A stretch of 63,517 nucleotides of DNA, counting the filler, from Octopus bimaculoides (lineage: Eukaryota), in assembly GCF_001194135.2 (NCBI RefSeq). It is 9 parts of 7 records of this genome, joined end to end, with 100 filler letters (N's around TTAATTAATTAA, not from the genome) between each part and the next. Parts side by side here need not be neighbours in the genome. Positions count along the whole stretch, not along the records: positions 4,069 to 14,448 come from NC_069000.1; positions 14,549 to 25,005 come from NC_068984.1; 7 more parts are not named here. One strand, given 5' to 3'. The notes beneath the pieces are model-generated. The model was not told where the DNA came from. It made no database searches and was given only the letters and a program-made list of their open reading frames with translations. The translations under genes were made by a program, and so were the position numbers. Positions 12,091 to 25,005 of the stretch are shown in pieces (position 1 is the first letter of the stretch; each line of letters starts with the position of its first letter).

Positions 12091-12368
12091 GAGAGGGGGG
12101 TGGTGCTTCTTCCCTGCACATTTATTGGACGGTGGATAAATATAGCTAAAATGGCCCGAGTGAATTGTCTTAAACTGAACGTGCGCCTGTAGTTTGAGAA
12201 GCACGGAAGAGGGAGAAGCATTTACCATGGTACTACTGGTGAGCAGGGTGACTCAGGATCTGTAGGGTTACTCGGTTGCCATAATTTTCCTGTTATAGTT
12301 TGTTTTTTTTTCATTTTTTACACATGTTTATGTAAATTTCTAATATCCTTGATTATTTTTTCTGAAGC

Positions 12369-12615
12369 AGCGATCTGGCAGAAACGTTAGCACGCCGTGC
12401 GAAATGCCTTGCGGTATTTCGTCTGCCGTTACGTTCTGAGTTCAAATTCCGCCGAGGTCGACTTTGCCTTTCATCCTTTCGGGGTCGATTAAATAAGTAC
12501 CAGTTACGCACTGGGGTCGATGTAATCGACTTAATGTCTTTGTCTGTCCTTGTTTGTCCCCTCTATGTTTAGCCTCTTGTGGGCAATAAAGAAATAAGAA
12601 ACGTGAGCACGCAGG
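12369..12615 (+). mobile_element. tRNA-derived SINE family A (ctggcagaaacgttagcac...gagttcaaattccgccgaggtcgactttgcctttcatcctttcgggg)
   Basis: A/B-box-like head. Other copies at ~15715-15870(-), 16235-16405(-), 16830-17005(-), 22118-22500(+), 25325-25535(-), 26165-26304(+), 29825-29966(+), 31730-32175(+, two), 34635-34860(-), 39675-39870(-), 41845-42045(-), 45390-46030(-) and 63010-63420(-, two). Confidence 0.9.
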
Positions 12616-13245
12616 AAAAAAATGCATAATAGCANNNNNNNNNNNNNNNNNNNNNNNNNNNNNNNNNNNNNNNNNNNNNNNNNNNNNNNNNNNNNNNNNN
12701 NNNNNNNNNNNNNNNNNNNNNNNNNNNNNNNNNNNNNNNNNNNNNNNNNNNNNNNNNNNNNNNNNNNNNNNNNNNNNNNNNNNNNNNNNNNNNNNNNNNN
12801 NNNNNNNNNNNNNNNNNNNNNNNNNNNNNNNNNNNNNNNNNNNNNNNNNNNNNNNNNNNNNNNNNNNNNNNNNNNNNNNNNNNNNNNNNNNNNNNNNNNN
12901 NNNNNNNNNNNNNNNNNNNNNNNNNNNNNNNNNNNNNNNNNNNNNNNNNNNNNNNNNNNNNNNNNNNNNNNNNNNNNNNNNNNNNNNNNNNNNNNNNNNN
13001 NNNNNNNNNNNNNNNNNNNNNNNNNNNNNNNNNNNNNNNNNNNNNNNNNNNNNNNNNNNNNNNNNNNNNNNNNNNNNNNNNNNNNNNNNNNNNNNNNNNN
13101 NNNNNNNNNNNNNNNNNNNNNNNNNNNNNNNNNNNNNNNNNNNNNNNNNNNNNNNNNNNNNNNNNNNNNNNNNNNNNNNNNNNNNNNNNNNNNNNNNNNN
13201 NNNNNNNNNNNNNNNNNNNNNNNNNNNNNNNNNNNNNNNNNNNNA

Positions 13246-13560
13246 ACAGACCGAACGTTGTGAGTGTTTATTGAGCGAAAACACCTAAAGCTCCACGTGG
13301 CTCCGGCAGGGGATGGCGACGAACCCTGCTGTACTCTTCCACCACAACTTTCTCTCACTCTTACTTCCTGTTTTTGTTGTGCCTGTAATTCAAAGGGTCA
13401 GCCTTGTCACACTGTGTCACGCTGAATATCCCCGAAAACTACATTAAGGGTACACGTGTCTGTGGAGTGCTCAGCCAGTTGCACGTTAATTTCACAAGCA
13501 GGCTGTTCCGTTGATCAGATCAACTGGAACCCTCGACGTCGTAAGCGACGGAGTGCCAAC
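13246..13560 (+). mobile_element. SINE family E body
   Basis: Shares sequence with 6260-6420, 10718-10813, ~41460-41600 and ~57680-57975. Confidence 0.75.
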
Positions 13561-13964
13561 TGCATTGCTTACTTTTTTAAAAATCTCAATGCTGTCTTGT
13601 CGTCATCATCCTTCTATAACGTTTCGATTAGCATTCATCGAGCAAAGCATACAAGTAGTGAACATCCCATCATTTTGTAGATCTTTCACTTGTTTCAGTC
13701 TGTGACCATGCTTGGCCATAACCTTCAAATACCGAACAAATACGCCTCACTACTCATCTTTAAGTCTGGTACTTATTCTGTCGGTTACTTTTGCTGAACC
13801 GCTATGTTATGGGGCCGTATACAAGCAACACCGGTTGTCAAGTGCTGGCTGAAGTCAAATACATACATACATACATACATACATACATTACATTATATAC
13901 ATACACCCCTGCATACATACATACATTGTTTCTTTCTAATTTGACAACGTCTTCCCTTTTGCAG

Positions 13965-14041
13965 GTTACTGTTCGATGAACACCTTCTGCGAAACTTCCA
14001 AGTTACAGTCAACTCACAGTTTCCCAGAAATAAATATTTAA
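13965..14041 (+). CDS. Candidate terminal coding exon of the Ig-domain gene (GYCSMNTFCETSKLQSTHSFPEINI*)
   Basis: Good acceptor cttcccttttgcag|. It is open in phase 1 to TAA at 14039-14041, and AATAAA overlaps the last codons. Confidence 0.45.
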
Positions 14042-14104
14042 CTCAACACCATATATTGAGTGCTTTATTCAGTTTCTGCTCATTGATTTTTGATATTGAA
14101 AACA

Positions 14105-14168
<64 letters not shown>

Positions 14169-14739
14169 CTTCTCACGGACGTGCTGTCACATCGGCTGCG
14201 AAGGTAAACGTTTATTTGACCTTTTACTGTCCACATTTTGTTGGAATTTTTAAATAATTTTGTTGCGAAGCACCTAGGCTTCATTTGTGTGTATTTTCAA
14301 GGGCAGGAATTGGCCCCCAGGGGCAGTTTCGGCCCTAGCAAAATAAAAAAATTTCCTTCTTGACATTTGAAAAATGTCGAGAAACATAATTTTGGAACGC
14401 TTGTCTTGTTCTTTTGACAAGCATTTCCCGAGGCTTCAGATGCCAGAANNNNNNNNNNNNNNNNNNNNNNNNNNNNNNNNNNNNNNNNNNNNTTAATTAA
14501 TTAANNNNNNNNNNNNNNNNNNNNNNNNNNNNNNNNNNNNNNNNNNNNAATCGTTGAGATTCTTGCGGATGCATAGTACAGGTGGTTGAGATCTGTAATA
14601 TCAACATCATTAGCTGAAATTATATCCTTAAGTGCAAGGCGGATTTTACCAATTATTTTCAGGTTTTGGTTAGAATTGCGAATTTTGGGGAGAGTGTCGC
14701 GTTCATTCATACTAGTTTCTTTAATTTTAATTTAATTTA

Positions 14740-14812
<73 letters not shown>

Positions 14813-15164
14813 TGAGACTTGATAGTTTCAAGCAAAGTTCTACTGCATACTCCCACGTGTTACTGAGGTGTATGCAGTATTGTATTCTTGTTTTTTTTAA
14901 TTATTTTTGTTGTTGGGAGCGTACAAACTCTTCTCGATATCGCATTGCATCAGTTTGTTTTGCCATGGAGTTCGTTTGCAATGTTCTGTTGTATTAGTGT
15001 TTGTATTGTGTACTATGTGTGTAATGCGAGTTGTGTTTTTCTGTTGGGTATCCGACCTGCAGAGTAAATGTTGCGAGGATTGTGCATCTTTTGAGATATT
15101 TGCTATGTAGAGTGTACCTTGTGTTTGTAGATTATTATACTTGGATTGTCCAATTGAATTGATA

Positions 15165-15700
15165 GTGTCTTGCATAGAATGTGGGCTGTTTCTAGCAGGG
15201 CTATTTTTTGGATATTGAGTAGTGTTGAGTGTTCAGATATAGCTTCTACGTTTCCATTCATACGTTTTTTTTTTTATCATACCCAGTACTCCAGTTATTG
15301 CTAGTATTGCTTTCGCCTTTATTCTCCACATCTTAAATACTTCAATCTCGAGATCTTTGTACTTTGAAAATCTCTCCACCTCTTTTGGGCAATGTATTTT
15401 GGTCAGAAAGGCCTGGAATGTCTATCAGTATGCAGGTAGTTTTCGAATGCTTGATGCCTGGACAATTAACTTTGATTTGTCAGTTAGAAGAGGTATATCC
15501 CAGATGATTGTGGCCTGGATATTGTCATGCACATGTTTTTTGGTACATGTTTTTATCATTTTTTGTTAGTTTTCATGTTGCAGTGGACATGAGTGCTTAC
15601 TCGTTCATGTCTGTATGTATATTCAAATCTGGCTAAAACTGGACAGCCAGAGATGATGTGGTGAACTGTCTCATTGTGCTGGTTGCACATTCTGTATTTA
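15165..15700 (-). mobile_element. R4/R2-like (restriction-like endonuclease) LINE 3' region, decayed
   Basis: Minus strand reads ETVHHIISGCPVLA (CCHC knuckle), SKYKDLEIEVFKMW and IQKIALLETAHIL. A related fragment lies at 14549-14710. Confidence 0.8.
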
Positions 15701-16404
15701 GTGTAAAAGCTTGTTTTCATCAGAACTCAACTGGTACTTTTTTTTATCGATCCTGAAAAGAAGAAACAAAGTCAACCGCGGCGGCACCTGAACTCACAAC
15801 GTAAAACCGGAAAAAATGCTGCTACGCATTTTGTTCGGCAAGGTAACGATTCTGCCAGTTCACCTCCCTAACGATGGTCATTCCCGTCGATTTCGACGTA
15901 TAGGTGTTTGAAGGAAAGGATTTAAAAAGAAAAAGGATTAAAGTAAACGAAGCTGCAACTATTTGCGATGGATGAATAAATGTAATTTTGAGTCTAGACA
16001 TGGATTTTACTATGAAGTAACAATGGGGATAATAATGATTTTGATTTTGCCTGGGATTGGACATACGTGTCTGTTGATTGCAGCATGTAATTATTTTATT
16101 GTTCTGCTTCTTCAACTCAAACTGTTTAGATGCATCATGACACAATTTACGCCTCTCAGATCGTGCTAAGCAAGATATTAAATTAAGCTGTAGGGATTTT
16201 AGCGATTGTTTCAACTTATCCTTAATAATAATAATGGTTTCAAATTTTGCCACAAGGGCAGCAGTTTTGGGAGAGGGGACAGTCGATTACATCGACCCCA
16301 GTACTTGATTGGTACTTAATCTATCGACCCCGAAAGGATGAAAGGCGAAGTCGAAGTCGACCTCGCCGGAATTTGAACTCAGAGCGTAACGGCAAACGAA
16401 ATAC

Positions 16405-16770
16405 CCAATCAATATAAACGTGTCTGTTAAGACCTACCAAAAACTGAGCCAGTATAAAGATCTTGAAATAGAAATTAGCAAAATGTGGAACCTGAAGACT
16501 AAAACAATACCTGTTGTCATAGGTGCCCTGGGAATGATAGCAAAAGTGGCTGATTGCTACCTAGCTTAGATACCAGGAAACCCCAAAATGGCAGAAATTC
16601 AAAAGATAGTACTCATGGGAACTGCCCATATCCTACGCAGAATACTTTCTATGTAATCTCAAGTTTTTTAAAAAACGGACTTCTAACTTGTTGTCTCTGG
16701 AGGTCTCTGGGTGAGACTCGGAGCCAACTTCTACAAATGTAAAGCAAAAGTCAAACATAAAGTAATAATG

Positions 16771-16810
<40 letters not shown>
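16405..16810 (+). mobile_element. 3' end of an R4-like LINE with (AAT)n tail
   Basis: Reads SQYKDLEIEISKMWNLKTKTIPVVIGALGMI...IQKIVLMGTAHILRRIL, then a 3' UTR and (AAT)n. The same 3' UTR occurs at 25106-25330, and a VVPIVIGSLGTI fragment at ~25555-25800(-). Confidence 0.85.
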
Positions 16811-16811
<1 letters not shown>

Positions 16812-18183
16812 TCATTCAAATTTCTGTGCCAGAAATTTTAGCTAAGAGATTAGTCGATTACATCAACGCCAATACCTAACTTGTACTTTATTCAACGATC
16901 TCGAAAGGATGAAAGGCAAAGTTGAACTAAACCGGATTTGAACTCAGAACATAAATAGCCAGAAGAAATGCTGCTAAACATTTTGTCCGACGTGCTAACG
17001 ATTCTGCGAATAAGAGAGAGATGATTTATATAAGCCAATGGACTTGAATGGGGTTAACTAAGTTATGGAGTGATGTATAAATGTTGTACACAAAAGAATT
17101 TTTATGCTTAATTTACTTGAAATATTCCTCTTAGTCAGAAGAAGAAAACAAAAGCCTAGAGGCAAAGCTAGTGATTCTTAAAGGAAAGGGAAGACAACTT
17201 CAAGATATCTCAAAATATATTTACCTGTTTAGAGAAAGAGAAGTAAGATCTTTACAGGCAAGGGACGACTATGAGCATGTTTCTGTCTGCTAGGCCTCAT
17301 TAACATAATATCGCCTATCCAATATTGTCGAATAGTAACAAATAATTTGAACATGACAAAGAATTCAGCGCGTAGAAAGAGATATAAATAATTGTTGAGC
17401 TAACAGACCAAAATATGTTCCCTCTATAGTTGCCGTTTGCCTACAAATAAAGGTCAAACTTTCCTTCCTCTAGGCATGTATATTAACTCTAAGCTATTAA
17501 TTATTACTTATCTCCCTTTTTCTTCGAAAGTTGCTAACAACTGCCGTTGGGTAGTTTAGTTTTCTTTTTTGTTTTCTTTTATTATGAAAGACAGACATTT
17601 CAATTGGGAATTTTTGAATTTTAACGTACGGCAATTCTAATAAAGACAAAAAATAAAAAGAAGAAAAACGATTTGTTTATAGATCTTCGATTCTAAAATG
17701 TAAAAACTGCGAGCGAGGTAATTCATTTATGGGAAGGAAATAAAATTGTTCGTACGAGGCACATTGTTAGTTTTGAGTAAAGATGACACCACACATGTAA
17801 GAGTAAGAAAATCACCAGCATCGTGGTGAAACATACATCCACATCATAAATAGCAGCAGTTGTTGTTTTTAGCCCCAAGTCAGGTTTGACAGAAGATTCC
17901 TGTAATCAAAAGATCTTTCCATTTATAACCATTGTATCTTTCTAGGACTACATGATTATCTCCTTCTCTCCTTTAAGATGGCACATTATAATTTTGGCGG
18001 GGATTTATCTGCTGTTTCTAGCAAACAGGTTTTATTGCTGACTCGTAAGTAGCAATAACTGCAGTCTCAAGAGCTGGATTGTAAATAAAAGCAGGGACTT
18101 CAGCAGCTGTAGTTGTAGGCTATAACTGTATCGGTTATAGTGACAGCAGCTCTAGTAGTGGCGGCACACACTACCAGCACCAC

Positions 18184-18215
<32 letters not shown>

Positions 18216-19278
18216 ACTTTGTTACCAGATTTGCCGTGCTACTTTTATCAAGAATGGTGATTTATTGAGAGCAGCAGTAGCTGGCACCGAAATATGCAAT
18301 TGACGTTGAATTATCAGAGCCAGTTCCAACATGATTAACTGCTGTGATGGCAGCAGCTTGAGCATCGGCAACAGCAGTAGCATTAGCAGTGGCTGTGACA
18401 ATAGCAGACACCAATAGCTACAGCAGCAACTGCAGCTGCAGCAGCAACAACAATAACAGCAACAGAAGTAATGAATGTCGAAGTAATAACAACAACAAGA
18501 ACAATAACAGTAACAAAACATATCTTGGTGTCGTTGTTGTCAGTGAGTGATAGACCAGCTTTGATTGAATTCACCTGTGATCAAAGGCATTCCAACTATG
18601 AACATCTCATTTTTTTTTTACAGACATAATAGGGCTGTTTGATCCAAGGTGTTTTTTTCTGTAGATGGTAAAGTATAATCTGAGGGAGATTTTAACTGCT
18701 ATTTATAGGAGGTCGAGCGACATCACAGAGACAACTACGTTGGCTCGTTGGTGTAGGAGGATGTAGATGTGTAGATATATGTCAAGGTAGCACCTGTAAA
18801 AGAGGATAATACAAAAATGGTAGCAGCAATAGGTATCCACTTGGAAGTGGTAATAGAAAACAAACATAATTAGTCTAAAAAGAAAAAAAAAAAAGAAACT
18901 GCTTCTGCGGGAAGAAATAAAAAATGCCAGAAGAACAAAGATTTAATATTGAATATAAGAAGATAGGGAAGTGTGAGTGTGATTCTAAAAAATGAGAATA
19001 GAGCAATGAAAATTGCTGCCAAAGTTAGGTAAGCAAATTTAGTAGATTTTTATACAATAACCAACAGCAAAACTAAGGTTTCCAGTACCTCGTATTTTTC
19101 TTTCTTAAGATACCTACAAGCTTTAAGTTCCAATTTGATTGCCTTATATTAAAGACAAATTGGGGAAAAAGCTCAAGTTTTTTCTAGAGAACATGTAAGA
19201 CTAAAACCATTGATTATTCTTTTTATAGAAGGCTCAAATTTCTGTCTATTTCTAGTTGTTTCAGTCGTTGATGTGTGT

Positions 19279-19384
<106 letters not shown>

Positions 19385-20239
19385 GTCACTGCAACATCCA
19401 ACCTCGTTATTATACAATGATATATTCAAACTAGTGTCCTCATCGTAGTTCTTATACTCATAACGTTTCGACCGTTGTACTCTCTCGCCTTCTTCGGGTG
19501 CTTGTCGTAATTGTAACGTTCTCAGAATTTCCAACCGACCCCTTTATTAAATCCAAGGAAGTAAATTGTCTTATTTCACTGTTCACACCAAAGACTTCTC
19601 CTATTAGTTACAATCTTGTAACGCCGCTTGTATATTCCGCTTGAATGGTAGTATATATTGTTTGACTGACCCAAGGACTAAACTCAGGTCAAAATATGAA
19701 AACTTGAAGGTTTGAAAAACCGCAGTATGAGACATAACAGTGTTCACCATCCACCAGTGCAAATCGTCAACATCAGCAAATGTCAGTGAGTACCTTTGAA
19801 GGAACAGTGCTAAACAAAGGCCTCGACTTCGTAACAACCATCCAGCGGGTCCCAAACTTAGATGTAATAGCCCTAGTTATGTCGGCTCCTTTAAACATAC
19901 CCTAACACAGGGTGACAGGTTGAGATGAAGACTAAGTCAAGCACTCCAGTGCAAACCTCTCAAACTGAATATCATAAAAAAGGGCAAATTGATATTCCTG
20001 CAGAGGGACACCAGTATAATTATACTGTCGGTAGACAATTTCAACGCACTACTGGCGATGGCCAGGCTGAAACGCTAGTGTCGATGGACAGATTGAAGAA
20101 CTGGCAAACTTAGTCGGGAGCGATAGCTACTGCAAGTTAAAGAATAGTCCAACCTTGGTAACCGAAGGAAAGCTTTTCAACTCTGATAACCGAAAGTAAG
20201 ATGTGATATCTCTCTTCAATCAACATTACAGTAGGTCGT

Positions 20240-21400
20240 TGTATATGTAATACAATCTCCCGAAAATTCATGGAAAACAACAGTCAATTAAGAGGTTTAC
20301 TCGGTTGTCAGGGTGCAGAATATTATCCGAATATTATATCCATTAGCAAATAGCTAATGGATATAATCGACCTACTAATAGACCAGTCACTGTTCTATGT
20401 ATGTATATAAATTCTGCCCTAGTTTGTCGGCATAATTAAAGACACTCCTATACATTCCAACTGCTTATCGAGTTTGGAAGTGGTGACCCTGTTCACCTAG
20501 GTTTGTGACAAATTGGTATTAGTTCTTTCAATTGGAGAACGTATCAGTAACTCAATAGACAATCTATTAGACATGTTGACATTCTGTGTTCAAACAACAT
20601 ACTTGTATTTAGGTACTGACATAGATAGCAAAAATGTTTAGCTTTGAGATGACAAACAAATATGTATGGAAATGGCTTTAGGGTCGTTGCCGTTTAAGCT
20701 ATGTTGAAGATATTTTCATACACTGGCCTTACTCGGAAGAAATGCAAGTACTTCTGAACCATGGGAACTCAATAAGACTTTCAGTTCAATTCGCACAGAG
20801 TAGAGTCACATTTGTAAATCTCAAACCCAGAGCTACCAGAAAGTACGTGAATTTTGATTTCCACCACCCATATAACTGTCTACAGAATCAAAACTCATAA
20901 GTGTTTTATCAACATGAGATAATCAGATTTAGTAAGATGATCTGCAGTTTAAACATCAGGTCAGTATTCAAAGCTGGTTTACTCTTCGGAGCATCTCTTC
21001 CTAACAAAGCTTCCATCAGAAGAGACCATGAAGTATGTAATCCATCTCATGAAGTTGTGGCAGCGAATATAAAGGTGAGATCAGCTATTCTCCTAAAAGT
21101 AAAGCTAGAGGAATATTGTAAAGTTCTAAATCCACGAAGAGATACAAAAATCGACCATGGCTAATCGTTTGTGAACAGAAAAATATGGTCACCAACCCTT
21201 GAGGAACAAAGTTAAGTTAATAGGTAAGGATCAACATTGAAAGATAACACGACTAAGAATATCAGCAGGCCTTATAAGTGGGTGAAAACCCATAGGGGAG
21301 CTTTGATTAACAAAGAACATAAAACCTGCAGCTACAAAATAAGTTAAACTCAAAGCTTCTTATTTCCATTACATAATTATCAGATGGGGTATAATATTTG
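20240..21400 (+). mobile_element. Penelope-like element remnant
   Basis: Broken frames give LDMLTFCVQTTYL, SYVEDIFIHWPYSEEMQVLLNHGNSIRLSVQF (degenerate YVDD) and YVNFDFHHP, resembling Penelope RT and thumb motifs. Confidence 0.65.
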
Positions 21401-21840
21401 ATTAAGTAGCAAGTGTTAAGAATAACATAGCCAGTAAGTGTGAGTTCAATCCCTGTATCAGCCAAATAATGTGTTATTCTCGTTTAACGCGGCGTGCTGG
21501 CAGAATAGATAACACGCCGGGAAAAATGTTTAGTGGTATTTCCTTCGTCTTCACGGACCAAGATGAGGATACCCGACTAAATATATCAATGCATCAATCA
21601 TGTGAAATATATCAGTCACATCTCAGAAATTCAACTTCGTATTAAGGGTAATCCTCTGCAATTACTGCCGTGCAATTCACTCATCAAATTACCACGAATT
21701 GCTAAACCGTGAACATGTTTCGAGTTGTTGTTATCAGGTGAAGTTTCAACAGAACACCTGTTAAATGATTCATACAAAAAAAAAGCAACTGGAAAACCGA
21801 AATCTCTCGTTTTCTTTCTTTTTCTCGCTCTCACGCTGTT

Positions 21841-21885
<45 letters not shown>

Positions 21886-22117
21886 TCTCTCTCTCCCCCC
21901 CTCTCTCTCTCTCTCTCTCTCCTTTCCCCTCTCTCTCTTTCTGCTCCTTTTCTTCTAGTGTATTTTAAAGTCATCTCCGCAATTAATTTTTAAGAAAATT
22001 AAGTGGGAAAGATGGATTAATGTACATAAATGAGCCAACACTTCAGTGTTACTAAAATAGGAGACTACATATATTTATAGCTAAAGATAATTAGACTCTT
22101 GGTATATTATGCTTCTT

Positions 22118-22500
22118 AAGGCAGCGAGCTGGCAGAAACGTTAGCACACCGAGCGAAATGCTTAGCAGTATTTCGTCTGTCTTTACGTTCTGAGTTCAAA
22201 TTCCGCCGAGGTCGACTTTGCCTTCCATCTTTACGGGGTCGATTAAACAAGTACCAGTTACGCACTGGGGTCGATGTAATTGACTTAATCCATTTGTCTG
22301 TCCTTGTTTGTCCCCTCTATGTTTAGCCCCTTATGGGCAATAAAGAAATAAGAAACGTTAGCACGCCGGGGGAAATGCTTAGCGATATTTCGTCTGTCTT
22401 TACGTTCTGAGTTCAAATTCTACCCAGGGTGAATTTGCCTTTCATCCTTTCGAGGTCCAAAAATTAAGTACCAGTTGCGTATTGAAATCGATCTAATCGA
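22118..22500 (+). mobile_element. Dimeric/tandem SINE family A
   Basis: A full copy is followed directly by a second head (aaacgttagcacgccggg...) at ~22352. Confidence 0.85.
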
Positions 22501-24944
22501 CTTCCCCCTCTCCAGAAATTTCCGGTTTTTTGCCTTGAGTAGAAAAGGGCATAGTATGCTTCTTCTTTACTGAACTGACTATACTTTTGAGAACCCGAAA
22601 AATATGAATTTATATAATCTATAAAACACTTACATTGTGACGCAGTCATCAACGTTGTTACAAACACGCGCATATAGTTATGTTCTCTATTACAAGATTA
22701 TTATAAAGTGTCAAACATCTTTTGTCGTTCGTTTATGACAAAGTTACTGAGTCTACTGTTTGTGAAAAAGCTATAAATGTAAGATGAAAGACTTCGACAT
22801 ATTATGGATATTAGAGTTAATGCGTGTATTTTATGGCTACAATGACTATAACAATCATATTGTCTTCGTTTCAACATAAGATTTGAAGTGAAACTCAAAA
22901 TTTTATTGTTAGGTCTGGTTGCGTGATGAGAAGTTTGCTTCCCAACCACATGTTTCTGGATTCAGTCCTACTGTATAGCACTTTGGGTAGGCGCCTTCTA
23001 CTTTAGCCCCGGGTGGACCAAAGCCTTGTATGTGGATTTAGTAGACAGAAACTGGAAGAATCCTGTGGTTTGTGTGTATATATATATAGAGAGAGATGCG
23101 TGTGTGTATCTATGTGTCTTGACAACTACCAAAAGCTACCCGTGTCTATTTTTGTTTATGCTGAAATAAACTCGCATTTCTCAGTGGAGAAGTTCCAATG
23201 CCATAAGAAGATAGTGAGACTCTTATGTTTCATATGAGAATATTTCCATCTCGCAGTCCTTTCCAGTCGAAGTGTCCTACAGAACAATAGGGATTTGAAT
23301 TCAGAGCTTCTCTCTCAAATAGCCCCACCACCATCCTGAGGAGCTCTATCTGCCTCTTTCCTACTAAGATATTTTGATAAAACAGCTCTACCTTCAATGA
23401 TCTTACAGCGTTCTAATTCATCATCTCTGGTATTTCCATGTCCCGAGCAATATTGCTAGACAGTCATTGGTCGTATACTAGGGTTTATCCATACTTTTGA
23501 CAGGTTTTGTTTTTCTCCCGCTGGGTTTCTAGAAATCCTCCTTTTTAGCATGCAGAACTAACGTTCCTCGGAGATATTTTTCTCAACTCTATTTTTTTCC
23601 GATCTCCATGGTCACCTTTCCAGGATAAAGTGGTGTTGCTACCTCTTTATGGTAAACACGGCCAATATGGTTGGTGTAGTCTTTACAGTTAGAATTAGAT
23701 ATTTTGACCATTAAATTTATACACCATTCGTCTGATATCTATCAATATCTGGAACTAGTGCATGTTGCATGTTGTTAACTTTAGTATAGTACTATGTCAC
23801 TATTGTTGTTTTCATCATGGTCGTCTATTTCCGTGGGGAATTCTATAAAGTATAGATTTGTTATCCACTAATGTTTTACGATCTAGGTTTGGTTTATGTT
23901 CTGTGGTATAGGGCATGGCAAATGCTTCCTGTTGTAAATACATGTTGTTCTGCTAAATGAGTGTGGTACTTGTATGGCCAACACAACAGCTGCGATAATG
24001 GAATAGCAAGACACAAACATGTGACATACACAAGATATGTGGATGATATAAGTGTTGTAGCAGACACAGGGGAAGGACGAAAAAAAAAAAGAAAAACTTG
24101 GATACAATTAAAACTTCGAGCAGTACAATGACACCATTTCTGTACATAACCATTCACATAAAGAAAATAACATCTCTGATGTCCTCTGACAAACACCAAC
24201 CAAGCTTTACCTGCTAAAAATAGCAACTCAAATGCTTTTAAATCATATCTGAATGCTGGATGTTCAAGATTCAAATGAAGAGCAGATTTTGAATCCCAGG
24301 ACAGATTTTGAATCCCCAAAGACACTGTTAAAAGACACTGCATTACAGAGACATTACAAAGAGACACTGCATTATAGAAACACAAATGACCACACAAAAA
24401 CACTATGTGGGCGATAAAGTTCTTTCTTAAAAGAGCATTTACATGCTCTTGCAATAGGAATCACTAGATGAAGAAATCACAAAATAGATTTGATACTAAT
24501 CAACTGTGCCTAGCTTAAGTAACCAGTACATTGGGCTAATAGAAAAATAGAAGCACAAGTACAATGCAACAAATCCATTAGATACGGCATCCATCAAAAA
24601 TAACACAAAGTGCTCTAAGTGTATTATATGAATCTACTGCAAACTAATTATAAATGAGATGAATACATTATCGAAAAACCTCGATATCAAACCTTAAGCT
24701 AACGCTAATATACAACAAACACTAAAAGCAAAAACACTAAAAGCAAAAACACAGGCGAACAAGCTACTAATGACCAATGTGTTTATTAATGCGATAGCAC
24801 ATGTAAGATGTAGTTTATGACTCCAACATATTTACGAAGATATAAAAAAACCGTGATTAAATGATGAAACTAGGATACAATTGTGTTTTCAAAATAACAT
24901 GTCTAAAAGAAAATCACTCCTTTATATTTATACGTATGCGCACG

Positions 24945-25005
<61 letters not shown>

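Noticed and set aside
19604-19855. 83-aa minus ORF and a 35-codon plus frame (LQSCNAACIFRLNG...)
   Set aside because: No recognisable motif and no consistent splice chain.
23894-24454. 186-aa minus-strand ORF
   Set aside because: No recognisable domain, it overlaps short imperfect internal repeats, and splice support is lacking.
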